Of a DNA stretch of 64,000 nt, positions 11,384-21,142 are shown in pieces. Position 1 is the first letter of the stretch, and the number at the start of each line of letters is the position of its first letter. Source of the stretch: an uncultured Alphaproteobacteria bacterium (GTDB taxonomy: Bacteria; Pseudomonadota; Alphaproteobacteria; RF32; CAG-239); contig CALXUM010000007.1 in assembly GCA_944391685.1 (NCBI GenBank), positions 14,989 through 78,988 on the forward strand, read 5' to 3'. Both the position numbers and the translations under genes were made by a program. The notes under the pieces were generated by a model. It saw only the letters and a program-made list of their open reading frames with translations. It ran no database searches and was not told where the DNA came from.

Positions 11384-11662
11384 TTATTCTTCCCCAAATT
11401 TATTATTTAACAATTCTTCCAAAGCAGCCATAACTTCCTTAGCCTGTTTGCCTGAGGCTTTAACATGAATAGTGGTTCCTTTTGCTGCCGCTAACATCAT
11501 CAATCCCATAATTGAACAACCGCTTACACACTGCCCGATTCTTTCAACTTCAACTTTAGCATCAAAGGGCTCTACGGTTTTTACAAAAGCTGCCGCCGCT
11601 CTGGCGTGCAGTCCTTTTTTGTTTTTTATTTCCAAATCCTTGGCAATCACTTCTTCTGTCAT
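11384..11662 (-). CDS. ptsH: Phosphocarrier protein HPr/NPr
   Basis: 92 aa with the active-site region KKGLHARAAAAFV around His15 and an HPr fold length. Confidence 0.8.
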   Translation of the reverse strand: MTEEVIAKDLEIKNKKGLHARAAAAFVKTVEPFDAKVEVERIGQCVSGCSIMGLMMLAAAKGTTIHVKASGKQAKEVMAALEELLNNKFGEE

Positions 11663-11667
11663 TAGGT

Positions 11668-12066
11668 TTACGCTCCCAAAAGCTGAGAGGCAATATTGAT
11701 ATATTTTTTTCCGGCCTCTTGTGCACCTTCAACTGTTTCTTTCAGGTTTTTTTCTTTTCGTAAAGAGGCAATTTTAATCAACATCGGTAAGTTAATTCCG
11801 GCAATAATTTCTACTTTGGCCTTATCCATAATTGAAATTGCCAAATTTGAAGGAGTTCCGCCAAACATATCGGTTAACACCACCACTCCGGAGCCGTCAT
11901 TTACTTCGCCGACTTTTCTTAAAATCTCTGCCCTACGCATTTCCATATCATCTTCCGGACCAATACACACCGGAGCTACTTGCTCTTGCTTGCCGACAAC
12001 ATGTTGCATTGCCGAAATAAATTCATTCGCCAAATTACCGTGCGTAACCAAAACCAAACCAATCAT
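11668..12066 (-). CDS. PTS EIIA component, mannose/fructose family (PTS-Ntr type)
   Basis: MIGLVLVTHGNLANEFISAMQHV... shows the EIIA-Man N-terminal His motif. It is 132 aa and directly adjacent to HPr, as in alphaproteobacterial hprK-EIIA-npr clusters. Confidence 0.75.
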   Translation of the reverse strand: MIGLVLVTHGNLANEFISAMQHVVGKQEQVAPVCIGPEDDMEMRRAEILRKVGEVNDGSGVVVLTDMFGGTPSNLAISIMDKAKVEIIAGINLPMLIKIASLRKEKNLKETVEGAQEAGKKYINIASQLLGA

Positions 12067-12077
12067 TACTTTTCCTT

Positions 12078-12500
12078 TTATTTATTTTGTGGTCCGCTTG
12101 ACCAAACTTTTACGGCACCGAAACTTTTCAAAAGATCCTCTTTGCTTTTGGCCTTAACTAATTCATCGGCTCTGGTTTGTTTCCCTTCAAAGATAATTTC
12201 TTCAACATTATCAACCGGAACACCGTAAACACGCTCCACCATTTTGCCTTTAAGTTCTACAATCATCACAAACTCTGATTCAGCCAACGGAGCAACCGTT
12301 TCTTCATTAATGTCATCCAAACGAACCGATAATCTGGCATCACGTTTTAAAAGGGCTGTTTTTTTACCGTCAAACTCCAGCACCGGATTTTCAGGACTAC
12401 CGTCGCGAGCATCAATAAAAATAGCCAGCTCTCCATACTTGTTTTCAATTATTTCATAAAAATCCTGTTTTTCAATCAGAGTATAATATTGCGTTTCCAT
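12078..12500 (-). CDS. Hypothetical acidic cytoplasmic protein (140 aa) occupying the usual hprK position
   Basis: It lies 11 nt upstream of EIIA on the same strand. It has no P-loop and is not recognisably HprK. Confidence 0.4.
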   Translation of the reverse strand: METQYYTLIEKQDFYEIIENKYGELAIFIDARDGSPENPVLEFDGKKTALLKRDARLSVRLDDINEETVAPLAESEFVMIVELKGKMVERVYGVPVDNVEEIIFEGKQTRADELVKAKSKEDLLKSFGAVKVWSSGPQNK

Positions 12501-12579
12501 AACATTTCACCATAAAAAAGGTTTAGTAAATATTAAACATATGTTATTACAATAACAACAATGTGTCAATTTTGAGTTA

Positions 12580-14331
12580 ATGAAAATGGAAAAAACCGCA
12601 GCTAAATTTATCTGGCATTATATCAAGATTTTCAAGTGGTTTATTTTAGGTATGTTGTCTTTATTGATAATAGGCCAAATTTGCCGCCAATTTGCTCCTT
12701 ATTATTTATCACGAATTTTTGAGGCTGTCTCTATATTTGAAGATTCGCCTGAAATGTGGCAAAGAATTTGGACCTGTGTAATCTTGTGCTTTGTTCTCCA
12801 ATTTGCCGGACAAATAATTCCCAATTTAGGCTTTTTAATTACTGCCAGAATTACCCCGCAGCTGCGTACTTTGGTCATCAGAGATTCTTTTGACTATGTT
12901 AACAAACATTCCATTGCTTATTTTAATGAAGAAATGGCGGGTAATATTTCTAATAAGGTTCAACAACTGCAAAGTAATACTTATGACCTTTTTCGCCAAT
13001 CTATGGATAGTAGCTGGACATTTTTCTATGTTCTTATCGGTTTGATTGTTTTGAGCTCAACCAGTCTATGGCTAACGCCGGTATTTATTCTTTGGGCTGT
13101 TATTATGGTTTTTATTGGTTTTTCAATGGGCAAAAAACTTCATAAATTATCTAAAGATTCCGGTAACAAGCAAAGCCAGGCCAATGGGATGATAGTCGAT
13201 TCCATTGCCAATTACAGCGAGATAAAAAGCTTTGCCAATTTTCATTTTGAGAGATTAAATTTGCTTAAAGCTCTTCGTATGCTAAGAAAAGCAGAAAGTA
13301 AAGAAGAGCAAGGGAGAGCGGGAATTATTGTAGTTATGCATTCATCGGTGGTTTTTTCAATGTTCTTTTTTCTGCTCTATACAATTTGGCTTTTTTCTAA
13401 GCACTTATTGTCGGCCGCTGATGTCATTTTTGTAAACACGTTATTTATGAGCATGGGCGGAGCTGTTTTCAATATTAGCTGGAACTATAACAACCTGATG
13501 CGTATCTTAGGACGTATTAATGCCGCACTTGAAACCTTAGCTGTTGAACCTGAAATTAAAGATAATCCCAAAGCTCAAAAACTTGTTGCCTCAAAAGCTG
13601 AAATAAGTTTTGAAAATGTTTGTTTTTCATATCATGATGGCAGAAAAATTTTTGATAATTTATCGGTAAAAATTAAAGCAGGGGAAAAAGTCGGTCTTGT
13701 CGGAGCGTCCGGTGCCGGCAAATCAACCTTCATAAAATTGTTATCACGTTATTTTGATATCAATTCCGGTAGCATCAAAATAAATGGAGTTGATATTCGC
13801 AATATTACTCAGGATTCTCTGCACAAACACATAGCCACCATACCTCAAGATGTATGTTTGTTTAATCGCACGCTTTATGATAATATCCGTTATGGTAAAA
13901 CCACGGCTTCGGAAAAAGAGATTGTCGCCGCTGCCAAAAAAGCCTCGGCAGATGAATTCATTCAAAAACTTCCTGACAAATATCAAACCAAAGTAGGGGA
14001 TCGCGGAGTTATTTTATCCGGTGGCGAGCGTCAACGCATTGCCATTGCCCGAGCAATTCTCAAAAACGCCCCCTTACTTGTTTTTGATGAAGCAACTTCA
14101 GCCTTGGATAGTGAGAGTGAAAAACAAATTCAAAAATCATTGAGTTTGCTCATGCAAGGCAAGACCGTTATTGCCATAGCTCACCGTTTATCTACTTTGC
14201 GAGAAATGGATAGGATTTTGGTTTTTGATAAAGGAAAAATAGTTGAAGAGGGGACGCATTTAAGCTTACTACGGCAAAAAGGAATTTATGCCAAATTATA
14301 CAAGATGCAAGCTGACGGATTCCTCAGCTGA
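12580..14331 (+). CDS. ABC transporter, fused permease/ATP-binding protein (type I exporter, MsbA/NdvA-like)
   Basis: An N-terminal 6-TM domain is followed by Walker A GASGAGKST, the signature LSGGERQRIAIARA and Walker B LLVFDEATSALD. Confidence 0.85.
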   Translation: MKMEKTAAKFIWHYIKIFKWFILGMLSLLIIGQICRQFAPYYLSRIFEAVSIFEDSPEMWQRIWTCVILCFVLQFAGQIIPNLGFLITARITPQLRTLVIRDSFDYVNKHSIAYFNEEMAGNISNKVQQLQSNTYDLFRQSMDSSWTFFYVLIGLIVLSSTSLWLTPVFILWAVIMVFIGFSMGKKLHKLSKDSGNKQSQANGMIVDSIANYSEIKSFANFHFERLNLLKALRMLRKAESKEEQGRAGIIVVMHSSVVFSMFFFLLYTIWLFSKHLLSAADVIFVNTLFMSMGGAVFNISWNYNNLMRILGRINAALETLAVEPEIKDNPKAQKLVASKAEISFENVCFSYHDGRKIFDNLSVKIKAGEKVGLVGASGAGKSTFIKLLSRYFDINSGSIKINGVDIRNITQDSLHKHIATIPQDVCLFNRTLYDNIRYGKTTASEKEIVAAAKKASADEFIQKLPDKYQTKVGDRGVILSGGERQRIAIARAILKNAPLLVFDEATSALDSESEKQIQKSLSLLMQGKTVIAIAHRLSTLREMDRILVFDKGKIVEEGTHLSLLRQKGIYAKLYKMQADGFLS

Positions 14332-15553
14332 TAACATTATTATTTTCCACTCTTAAAAATAGGGCATCATTTTTTAAGGATGCAAATAATTCCGGATTAG
14401 TTGTTGTAATCCATGCTTGCACTTCTAAATCTTTGATTTTTTCCAGTAAAGCTTCCCTTTTAATGTCATCTAAGTGAGCAACCACTTCATCAAGCAATAA
14501 AATAGGAGCAAATCCTTTATGCAAAGTCTGACATTTGCTTTGAGCCAAAATAATACTGATTAGAAGAGATTTTTGCTCTCCGGTAGAACACATTTCCGCA
14601 GGCATTCCCTTTTTACGATAATAGACCTTAAAATCAGTACGATTCACTCCGTCAATATTGTCATTATATAAAACATTTTGCCTTTGTGAGCAAAGTAGCT
14701 GCTTGTATCTGTCTTCAACTTCTACTGCCGGCATGGTATCTAACATTTTTTCAATTGTTCCGTTAAGTTCAAGCCGCACACTCGGAAAAACATCATCCGG
14801 CTCATGCTCAATAAATGTGTTTAGCCTAGCCGTTTGTTCGCGTCTTGCCGCTGCAATGGCCACCCCTGTTGCTGCCATATTTTCTTCTAATGAAGTTAGC
14901 CAAAAATTATCTTTTTTCCCTTCTTTTAAGATTCTAAACCATTCTTTGTATAAATGATCAAATGTTGCCGTACGCTTTGCGTGCTCGGTATCAAAAGCAA
15001 AAACCAATCGATCCAAAAAACTTCTTCTCGGCTGACTCCCTCCTCTGAATAATCTGTCCATTTGCGGAGTAAGCCAAATTGCAGAAATATATTTTCCCAG
15101 TTCCGCTTGCGAAGAAATTTTATTTCCGTCGATTTTGACGATTCTTCTTTCAAAACTGCGTAGCTCATCATCGTCATCACTGCTTTCGCGAGTAGATTGT
15201 TCTACGGCCGTTCCTATATTAATAATTTCGTCACCTTTGCAAATCTCAGCAGCAATTGCCCAGTTAAGTGGTGTTATTGCGGTAGGACAATATTCGTCAT
15301 TCATATATTGCGGCACCATTCTCTTAATGTCGGCAAGTCTTGCACCTCGCAAACCTCTTCCGGGTGTCAAAAAAGAAATTGCCTCTAAAATATTTGTTTT
15401 GCCGCTACCATTTTCTCCGCTTATAATAATCGGACATAGTTCCGCATTTATGCGTAAAAACTGATAGTTTCTAAAATCAGTTAAAGTCAGGCGTAAAACG
15501 CCTGACTTTTCCTTAACAAATTGATTTAAGTTATAGGCCAGATTGTTATCCAT
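14324..15553 (-). CDS. recF: DNA replication and repair protein RecF
   Basis: L.L.DFRNY...GENGSGKTNILEAISFL at the N-terminus and an SMC-like signature near the C-terminus. It contains an acidic insertion (ESSDDDDELRSF). It sits directly downstream of dnaN. Confidence 0.85.
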   Translation of the reverse strand: MDNNLAYNLNQFVKEKSGVLRLTLTDFRNYQFLRINAELCPIIISGENGSGKTNILEAISFLTPGRGLRGARLADIKRMVPQYMNDEYCPTAITPLNWAIAAEICKGDEIINIGTAVEQSTRESSDDDDELRSFERRIVKIDGNKISSQAELGKYISAIWLTPQMDRLFRGGSQPRRSFLDRLVFAFDTEHAKRTATFDHLYKEWFRILKEGKKDNFWLTSLEENMAATGVAIAAARREQTARLNTFIEHEPDDVFPSVRLELNGTIEKMLDTMPAVEVEDRYKQLLCSQRQNVLYNDNIDGVNRTDFKVYYRKKGMPAEMCSTGEQKSLLISIILAQSKCQTLHKGFAPILLLDEVVAHLDDIKREALLEKIKDLEVQAWITTTNPELFASLKNDALFLRVENNNVIS

Positions 15554-15561
15554 TAACTTTT

Positions 15562-16680
15562 CTAGACCCTCATTGGCATTAAAACATAGATAGCGCTGGC
15601 ATCGCTTGTATCATGAATTACGGAAGGAGAAGATGCATCTGCAAAAGAAATTTTAACACTTTCTCCTTTAATTTCTGCCAAAATATCCAACAAATAACGG
15701 AAATTATAACCTATTTCCAAAGGCTCGTTTTCATATTTGGCTTCCAATTCTTCTGATGCACTGCCTAGATCAGGGCTTGATGTAACAATGGTAACTTTGT
15801 TTTCGTGTGTTAACATCTTAATTGCACGAGTTCTTTCTGCCACTACTGAAACACGATCAACCGCAGCCGCCAAATCTTTAACATTAAGCTCCAAATTTTT
15901 ATCATTATCTGTCGGAATAACTCTTTCATAATCAGGATAGGTTCCGTCAATTAACTTAGAAGTTAAAGTAACATCAGATAAAATAAAACGAACCTTATTT
16001 TCAGATACTTCTACCGTAACATTTTCAACAGCATTATCATCAAGAAGTTTTCTGATCTCGGTAACTGTTTTACGAGGAATAATCACCCCTTTAATATCTT
16101 CTGCTCCTTGTGGTAAAGGAGTTTCCACACAAGCCAAACGATGTCCGTCGGTTGCAACCACTCTCAAAACACTTGAGCCGCCTTCTTTTTTTGCATGAAC
16201 ATAAAGACCGTTTAAATAATATCTGGTTTCTTCGGTAGAAACGGCAAATTGTGTTCTGTCAATAACATCTTTAAGATCATCTTTTGCCATTACAAAGCTA
16301 ATAGGCAATTTATCACCAGAAATAACTGGAAAATCCTCAACCCCTATAGTAGAAAGTGAAAATTTTGAACGGGCAGATGCAATTGTCAGCTGTCCTTTTT
16401 CATCAGGAAAAGTAAGCTCAACTTGTGAACCGTCGGCAAGTTTTCTGACAATATCATACAACATATGTGCCGGAGCCGTTGTTGCCCCCTGCTCAATAAT
16501 TTTAGCATCGGCAATTTCGGTAATTTCGGTATCCATATCAGTTGCCTTAAAGCTGATAGCGTCTCCTAAAGCCTCGATTCTAACATTGGAAAGAACCGGA
16601 ATTGTATTTCTTTTTTCCACAATGCTTTGCATATGGCTCAATGTTTTCAAAAGAATAGCACGTTCAATAGTAAATTTCAT
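15562..16680 (-). CDS. dnaN: DNA polymerase III beta sliding clamp
   Basis: MKFTIERAILLKTLSHMQSIVEKRNTIPVLSNV... The start was moved to the second ATG (MKFTIE), which has a GGTGA Shine-Dalgarno. The ORF track begins 4 codons earlier. Confidence 0.9.
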   Translation of the reverse strand: MKFTIERAILLKTLSHMQSIVEKRNTIPVLSNVRIEALGDAISFKATDMDTEITEIADAKIIEQGATTAPAHMLYDIVRKLADGSQVELTFPDEKGQLTIASARSKFSLSTIGVEDFPVISGDKLPISFVMAKDDLKDVIDRTQFAVSTEETRYYLNGLYVHAKKEGGSSVLRVVATDGHRLACVETPLPQGAEDIKGVIIPRKTVTEIRKLLDDNAVENVTVEVSENKVRFILSDVTLTSKLIDGTYPDYERVIPTDNDKNLELNVKDLAAAVDRVSVVAERTRAIKMLTHENKVTIVTSSPDLGSASEELEAKYENEPLEIGYNFRYLLDILAEIKGESVKISFADASSPSVIHDTSDASAIYVLMPMRV

Positions 16681-16774
16681 ATTTTTCACCAATCAAATTA
16701 AAATAAATCACTTTACAAGTATTCTAACATAAAGCTCACAAATCAGAAGTCAAAACAATGAGTCGTCAACAGCT

Positions 16775-16815
16775 TTTTTAAATAAAAAGAAGGGCAGAAA
16801 TTATTCTGCCCTTTA
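16775..16815 (-). terminator. Rho-independent terminator after dnaA
   Basis: AGGGCAGAaattatTCTGCCCT hairpin with a T-run on the minus strand, lying between dnaA and dnaN. Confidence 0.6.
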
Positions 16816-16833
16816 ATTTGATTTTTATGGAGC

Positions 16834-18273
16834 TTAAGCATCAAGAACTCTTCTCAAAGTTTCAATACTTTCTGCTAAAGACGTATCTTCAACCATTAGT
16901 TCTTCAACTTTACGAACTGCATGCATAACCGTGGTATGATCACGATCAAATTTACGTCCGATTTCAGGTAAAGATCTGGAAGTCAATTGCTTTGCCAAAT
17001 ACATTGCAATTTGACGCGGACGAGCAACGGTGCGAGCTCTGCGAGAAGACTGCATTTCTTTAACCGAAATATTAAAGTGCTCAGCAACTTTTTTCTGAAT
17101 CTCATCAATTGTTGTGCGTTTATCAAAAGAACGTAACATATCCTTCAAAACATCTTGAGTCATATCAAGAGTAATTTCATGATCGTTAAGAAGTTGTGAA
17201 TGTGCAATTACTCTACGTAAAGCCCCTTCCAATTCACGAATATTAGAAGTAATTTTCTGAGCCAAAAATTCAGCCACTTTAACCGGTAACTCAATCCCTA
17301 ATTGTTGAGCTTTATTGTTCAAGATCCCCATTCTCAAATCAAAATCAGTAGGATGAATGTCGGCAACCAAACCGCAGCCCAAACGAGATTTTAAGCGGGT
17401 TTCGATTCCTTCCAAATCAGCCGGAGATTTATCTGCGGAAATAATAATCTGTCTTCCTTCTTCAATTAATGAGTTAAAGGTGTAGAAAAACTCTTCTTGA
17501 GTGGTATCTTTTCCACCCATAAATTGCACATCGTCAACCATCAAAACATCAACTGAGCGGAACTGTTCTTTGAATGCTGTTGTGTCTTTATAGCGTAATG
17601 CTCTAACAAATTTATACATAAATTTTTCGGCAGACAAATAAACAATATTACGTGAAGGGTCTTGTTGTTTAATGTGCCAAGCGATGGCATGCATTAAGTG
17701 AGTCTTTCCTAGGCCTACTCCGGAATATAAGAACAAAGGATTAAATGAAACGTTTCTTGATTCTGCTACCTTACGGGCTGCGGCATAAGCAAATTCATTT
17801 GTTTTTCCAACCACAAAATTTTCAAAAGTATATTGCGGATTCAAAGGAACAGATAAAGTATCGTTTAAGGCAGTATCGTTATTGTTGGCAACTACAGCAC
17901 TAATACCAGATTGATAAACATTTTGTGGTGCCGGAGTTGAAGTAATTTTTTTCAAAAGAGAACGGCAAGTCGGATTATAAAGACTTGGTCTCTCTTCTTG
18001 TACTGCTTGCACAACAAAGTTAATGTTTTTAATTGCGGGGTTTTTCTTTTCCCAAATTTTGTGGATTCTATCGCTGTAATGAGTAATTACCCAATTTCGC
18101 ATAAATCTTGTCGGAACACAAATGTTCATGGTGCCGTCATTGAAAGAACCTAAAGTCAAAGGTTTTAACCAACTGTCAAAAGCTGTTTCTCCGACTTCGT
18201 TTTTTAATTGGCTGCAAATCTGCCCCCATTGATCTTGAACAGAATTGTCGTTATTTATTGCTTCTTCAGCCAT
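16834..18273 (-). CDS. dnaA: Chromosomal replication initiator DnaA
   Basis: AAA+ Walker A (LFLYSGVGLGKTHLMHAIAW) and a C-terminal DNA-binding helix (...RPRQIAMYLAKQLTSRSLPEIGRKFDRDHTTVMHAVRKV). The ORF-track start at 18291 is a TTG. The ATG at 18273 (MAEEAINN) has a GGGGAG Shine-Dalgarno 5 nt upstream. Confidence 0.9.
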   Translation of the reverse strand: MAEEAINNDNSVQDQWGQICSQLKNEVGETAFDSWLKPLTLGSFNDGTMNICVPTRFMRNWVITHYSDRIHKIWEKKNPAIKNINFVVQAVQEERPSLYNPTCRSLLKKITSTPAPQNVYQSGISAVVANNNDTALNDTLSVPLNPQYTFENFVVGKTNEFAYAAARKVAESRNVSFNPLFLYSGVGLGKTHLMHAIAWHIKQQDPSRNIVYLSAEKFMYKFVRALRYKDTTAFKEQFRSVDVLMVDDVQFMGGKDTTQEEFFYTFNSLIEEGRQIIISADKSPADLEGIETRLKSRLGCGLVADIHPTDFDLRMGILNNKAQQLGIELPVKVAEFLAQKITSNIRELEGALRRVIAHSQLLNDHEITLDMTQDVLKDMLRSFDKRTTIDEIQKKVAEHFNISVKEMQSSRRARTVARPRQIAMYLAKQLTSRSLPEIGRKFDRDHTTVMHAVRKVEELMVEDTSLAESIETLRRVLDA

Positions 18274-18711
18274 TTTTACTCCCCAATTCAATCAAAAAAT
18301 TAAACTCAGTATTAACCAACATTTTATTTTAATAATAACTTCAAAAATTTTTAGATTTTCATCTCAATTGAATTTTTAATGGTTAAAAACAATCCGACTA
18401 TTAACAAAAATTTTCATTTAAGTCAGGTCATAAAACAACCAATCCGAAAAATTCATTCAGATGTCCGTCCCCAAAAACAAATTCCCCATAAAGTCATAAA
18501 ATGTTATTGTTAACAGATTCTTTTTTATTTTTATTTGTTTGTTAACTGCTACTGCGGTTAATCAATTTCTTTCTTAACAAACTCTTAAAAAACAATTTGA
18601 TGTTAAAGTTAAAAAAATATAATTACAACAGAACATTTATCGAACATTGCAATTAATTTTCTTGACATAGATTCTTTGCAGAGTCGCCCAGATTCTCTTG
18701 GTTTCAGCATA

Positions 18712-18775
18712 AAAAAACACAAACCGAAAAGACCCGTTTTTCAAAGAATTAGGTCCTTGGTTTGTGTTTGCAAAA
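18712..18775 (-). terminator. Putative terminator after rpsT (long imperfect hairpin plus T7)
   Basis: On the minus strand, ACACAAACC...GGTTTGTGTTTTTTT. Confidence 0.45.
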
Positions 18776-18794
18776 GAGCTATGCTCTAAAATAA

Positions 18795-19055
18795 TTAAAG
18801 AGCTTTAACCTTTTTGGAAAGGCGAGATATGGTGCGAGCGGCTGTATTCATTTTGAACACACCTTTACGAACAGCAATCATCATTTCAGATTCTGCAATT
18901 TTGAAAGCGTTTGCGGCTTGTTCCTTATTTCCACTCAAAACAGCAGCTTCAACTTTTTTTACAAAAGTACGAACGCGGCTTCTGCGTGCACCGTTAATAA
19001 CGGCTCTTTTATTATTTCTTACGATTCTGTTTTTTGCCGATTTATGATTGGCCAT
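18795..19055 (-). CDS. rpsT: 30S ribosomal protein S20
   Basis: MANHKSAKNRIVRNNKRAVINGARRSRVRTFVKKVE... is a typical S20. Confidence 0.9.
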   Translation of the reverse strand: MANHKSAKNRIVRNNKRAVINGARRSRVRTFVKKVEAAVLSGNKEQAANAFKIAESEMMIAVRKGVFKMNTAARTISRLSKKVKAL

Positions 19056-19164
19056 TTTTCTAATCCATCTTAAAAAAGTTAATTACAAATTTTTAAATGT
19101 AATGCTTTATAAACTCTAAGTGCTTCTTAAGTCAACAACATTTTTTGCAAAAACAGCCAAAAGC

Positions 19165-19920
19165 CTAAATTTTTTGCAAAAATTGTTGTAATTTATCCTT
19201 AAATTCTTGGGTGTTCATGCTCAAACGACAACTTTTCGATTCTAAATCCATGCCGTTTTGCAGATTCGTATTTTCTGTTTGTTTAATGGTTTCTTTTGCT
19301 TGCATAACGGCTTGATAAGGTAAAGAAGCGATTCTCATGGCAACTCTTAATGATTCGGCAAACAAATCTTGTTGGCTGACCACTCTGCTGATAAGTCCGC
19401 AGGCATCTGCTTCTTGAGCAGAAATTGCTTTTCCGGTTAATACAGCCTCCATGGTTTTTGCTTTACCGATTGTATGCACCATTCTTGAGCATCCGCCAAA
19501 AGAAGGAATCAGTCCTATGCTAACCTCAGGATACCCAAAACTTGCAGCATCTGATGCTAAAATAATATCACATGCCAAAGCCAAATCACATCCGATTCCC
19601 AGAGCATATCCGCTTACTGCTGCTATAATAGGTTTTGAGCAGTTGGCAATTTTCATAAACTCATCTTGCCAAGTTTTGAGAGCAAAACTTTGTTGTGAAA
19701 CTTCCATGCTTAACTCATTAATATCGATTCCTGCAGCAAAAACGCTTTCACTTCCTCTTATAATAATTACCCTTATATTATCATCATATTCCCAAGTTTG
19801 AATTTGATAAGAAATATCATTAAGCATCTCCAAACTTATAGCATTTAACACATCAGGACGGTTAAGGGTTATAATTCCCACACTGCCGTTTGTTTCTGTT
19901 AAAATATTTTCTTCTTCCAT
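19165..19920 (-). CDS. Enoyl-CoA hydratase/isomerase (crotonase) family protein
   Basis: Crotonase motifs VIIIRGSESVFAAGIDINELS and GYALGIGCDLALACD. The ORF-track start is a TTG. The ATG at 19920 (MEEENIL) has a GAGGA Shine-Dalgarno. Confidence 0.8.
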   Translation of the reverse strand: MEEENILTETNGSVGIITLNRPDVLNAISLEMLNDISYQIQTWEYDDNIRVIIIRGSESVFAAGIDINELSMEVSQQSFALKTWQDEFMKIANCSKPIIAAVSGYALGIGCDLALACDIILASDAASFGYPEVSIGLIPSFGGCSRMVHTIGKAKTMEAVLTGKAISAQEADACGLISRVVSQQDLFAESLRVAMRIASLPYQAVMQAKETIKQTENTNLQNGMDLESKSCRLSMNTQEFKDKLQQFLQKI

Positions 19921-19931
19921 CGGAAAAATCC

Positions 19932-20291
19932 TCAAATTTTACTTTTAACCGTTATACGAACTTTTAAAGGATTCGCACCTTCTTTTGAGATCTCTACCAC
20001 TTCTCCTTCTCGTTCAAAAATGATGGTGTTTTCTCTCATTCCCTGATATGCCCATCCCATTTGCGGCAAAGTATTTTTATAAAAGTTTTTTACCTTATTA
20101 AAGTTCAATGTTTTACTGGTTAATACGGCCTCAACCAATCGGCTTTCTTCATTACCGAAAGAAATGGCATCATTAGGTTCTTGTGTTAATCCTTCCATAA
20201 CCGGCAAGTCTTCTAAACCCTCAACAAAAGCAGCCTCAACTTTGGTAAAAGACAAAATCAAACCAAAAAGAACAAGAAAAACATATTTCAT
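19932..20291 (-). CDS. Hypothetical secreted protein
   Basis: Signal peptide MKYVFLVLFGLILSFTKVEA. The start is taken at the internal Met to avoid overlapping fpg. Confidence 0.4.
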   Translation of the reverse strand: MKYVFLVLFGLILSFTKVEAAFVEGLEDLPVMEGLTQEPNDAISFGNEESRLVEAVLTSKTLNFNKVKNFYKNTLPQMGWAYQGMRENTIIFEREGEVVEISKEGANPLKVRITVKSKI

Positions 20292-20302
20292 TTTAAAAAA
20301 TC

Positions 20303-21142
20303 CTATTTCTGTTTGTGGGGACAATAAAAAGTGGAGCGCCCCGCTTGAACGATTTTTTGGATTCCTCCGCTCTTACAAATATCACAATTGCATATTGGAC
20401 ATTTTTGCCCGTTTTTTCCATAAACGCAATGCTGATTTTGAAAATATCCCAGACTACCATCAGGTTTTTCATAATCACGCAGGGTCGATCCTCCGGCAGC
20501 AATTGCTTTTTTCAATACTTCACGAGTGTTTTTGATTATTTTTTCACATTCTTCAAGGCTGATTTGCTTAGCTTCTCTAAGCGGAGAAATTCTTGATCCG
20601 AATAATATTTCTGAAGCATATATATTACCGATTCCCGCAATAATTTCTTGGTCAAGCAAAGCTACTTTAATTGGGGTTTTTTTACGTAAAAATTTATCTT
20701 TAAGATATTGAGCGGTTAATGACTCATCAAAAGGATCTTTGCCGATCTTTCTAAATAACGGATTCGTAAAGATCTCATTCGTTTTTATGTATGTAAATAG
20801 TCCAAATCTGCGAGGGTCATTATAAATAATAAAACCGTTTTGTGTTTCAATAATAACATGATCATGCTTAGCAAGAGGATTCTCCGGTTTATCACAAAGA
20901 TGAATTTTTCCACTCATCCCCATATGCATAACCAAGCTCAAACCATTATCCAAATCAACAACAATATACTTGGCGATTCTTCTATATTCGAGGATTCTTG
21001 TTTTAGATATTTTTCTTTCAAAATCTTCCGGTATAGGTTGTCGCAAATTTCTGTTGCGAACTTCAACATTTATAATCTGGCAACAACCGACAGATTTTTC
21101 AATAGCGGTTTTTATGGTTTCAACTTCTGGCAGTTCAGGCAT
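20303..21142 (-). CDS. mutM: Formamidopyrimidine-DNA glycosylase
   Basis: MPELPEVET N-terminus (Pro2/Glu3 catalytic) and a C-terminal zinc finger CPICNCDI...FYCPHKQK. Confidence 0.9.
   Translation of the reverse strand: MPELPEVETIKTAIEKSVGCCQIINVEVRNRNLRQPIPEDFERKISKTRILEYRRIAKYIVVDLDNGLSLVMHMGMSGKIHLCDKPENPLAKHDHVIIETQNGFIIYNDPRRFGLFTYIKTNEIFTNPLFRKIGKDPFDESLTAQYLKDKFLRKKTPIKVALLDQEIIAGIGNIYASEILFGSRISPLREAKQISLEECEKIIKNTREVLKKAIAAGGSTLRDYEKPDGSLGYFQNQHCVYGKNGQKCPICNCDICKSGGIQKIVQAGRSTFYCPHKQK

Noticed and set aside
11472-12459. Plus-strand ORFs 11472-11699, 11696-12157, 11832-12020, 11980-12228 and 12244-12459
   Set aside because: All are antisense to the well-supported HPr, EIIA and hypothetical genes. 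They are low-complexity and lack motifs.
12078-12500. Calling the 140-aa gene a truncated HprK
   Set aside because: It matches the length of alpha-type HprK, but it has no Walker A/P-loop and no other HprK motif. It was left as hypothetical.
18274-18291. MNWGVK extension of DnaA
   Set aside because: It is a TTG start chosen by the ORF caller. The ATG 6 codons downstream has a GGGGAG Shine-Dalgarno.
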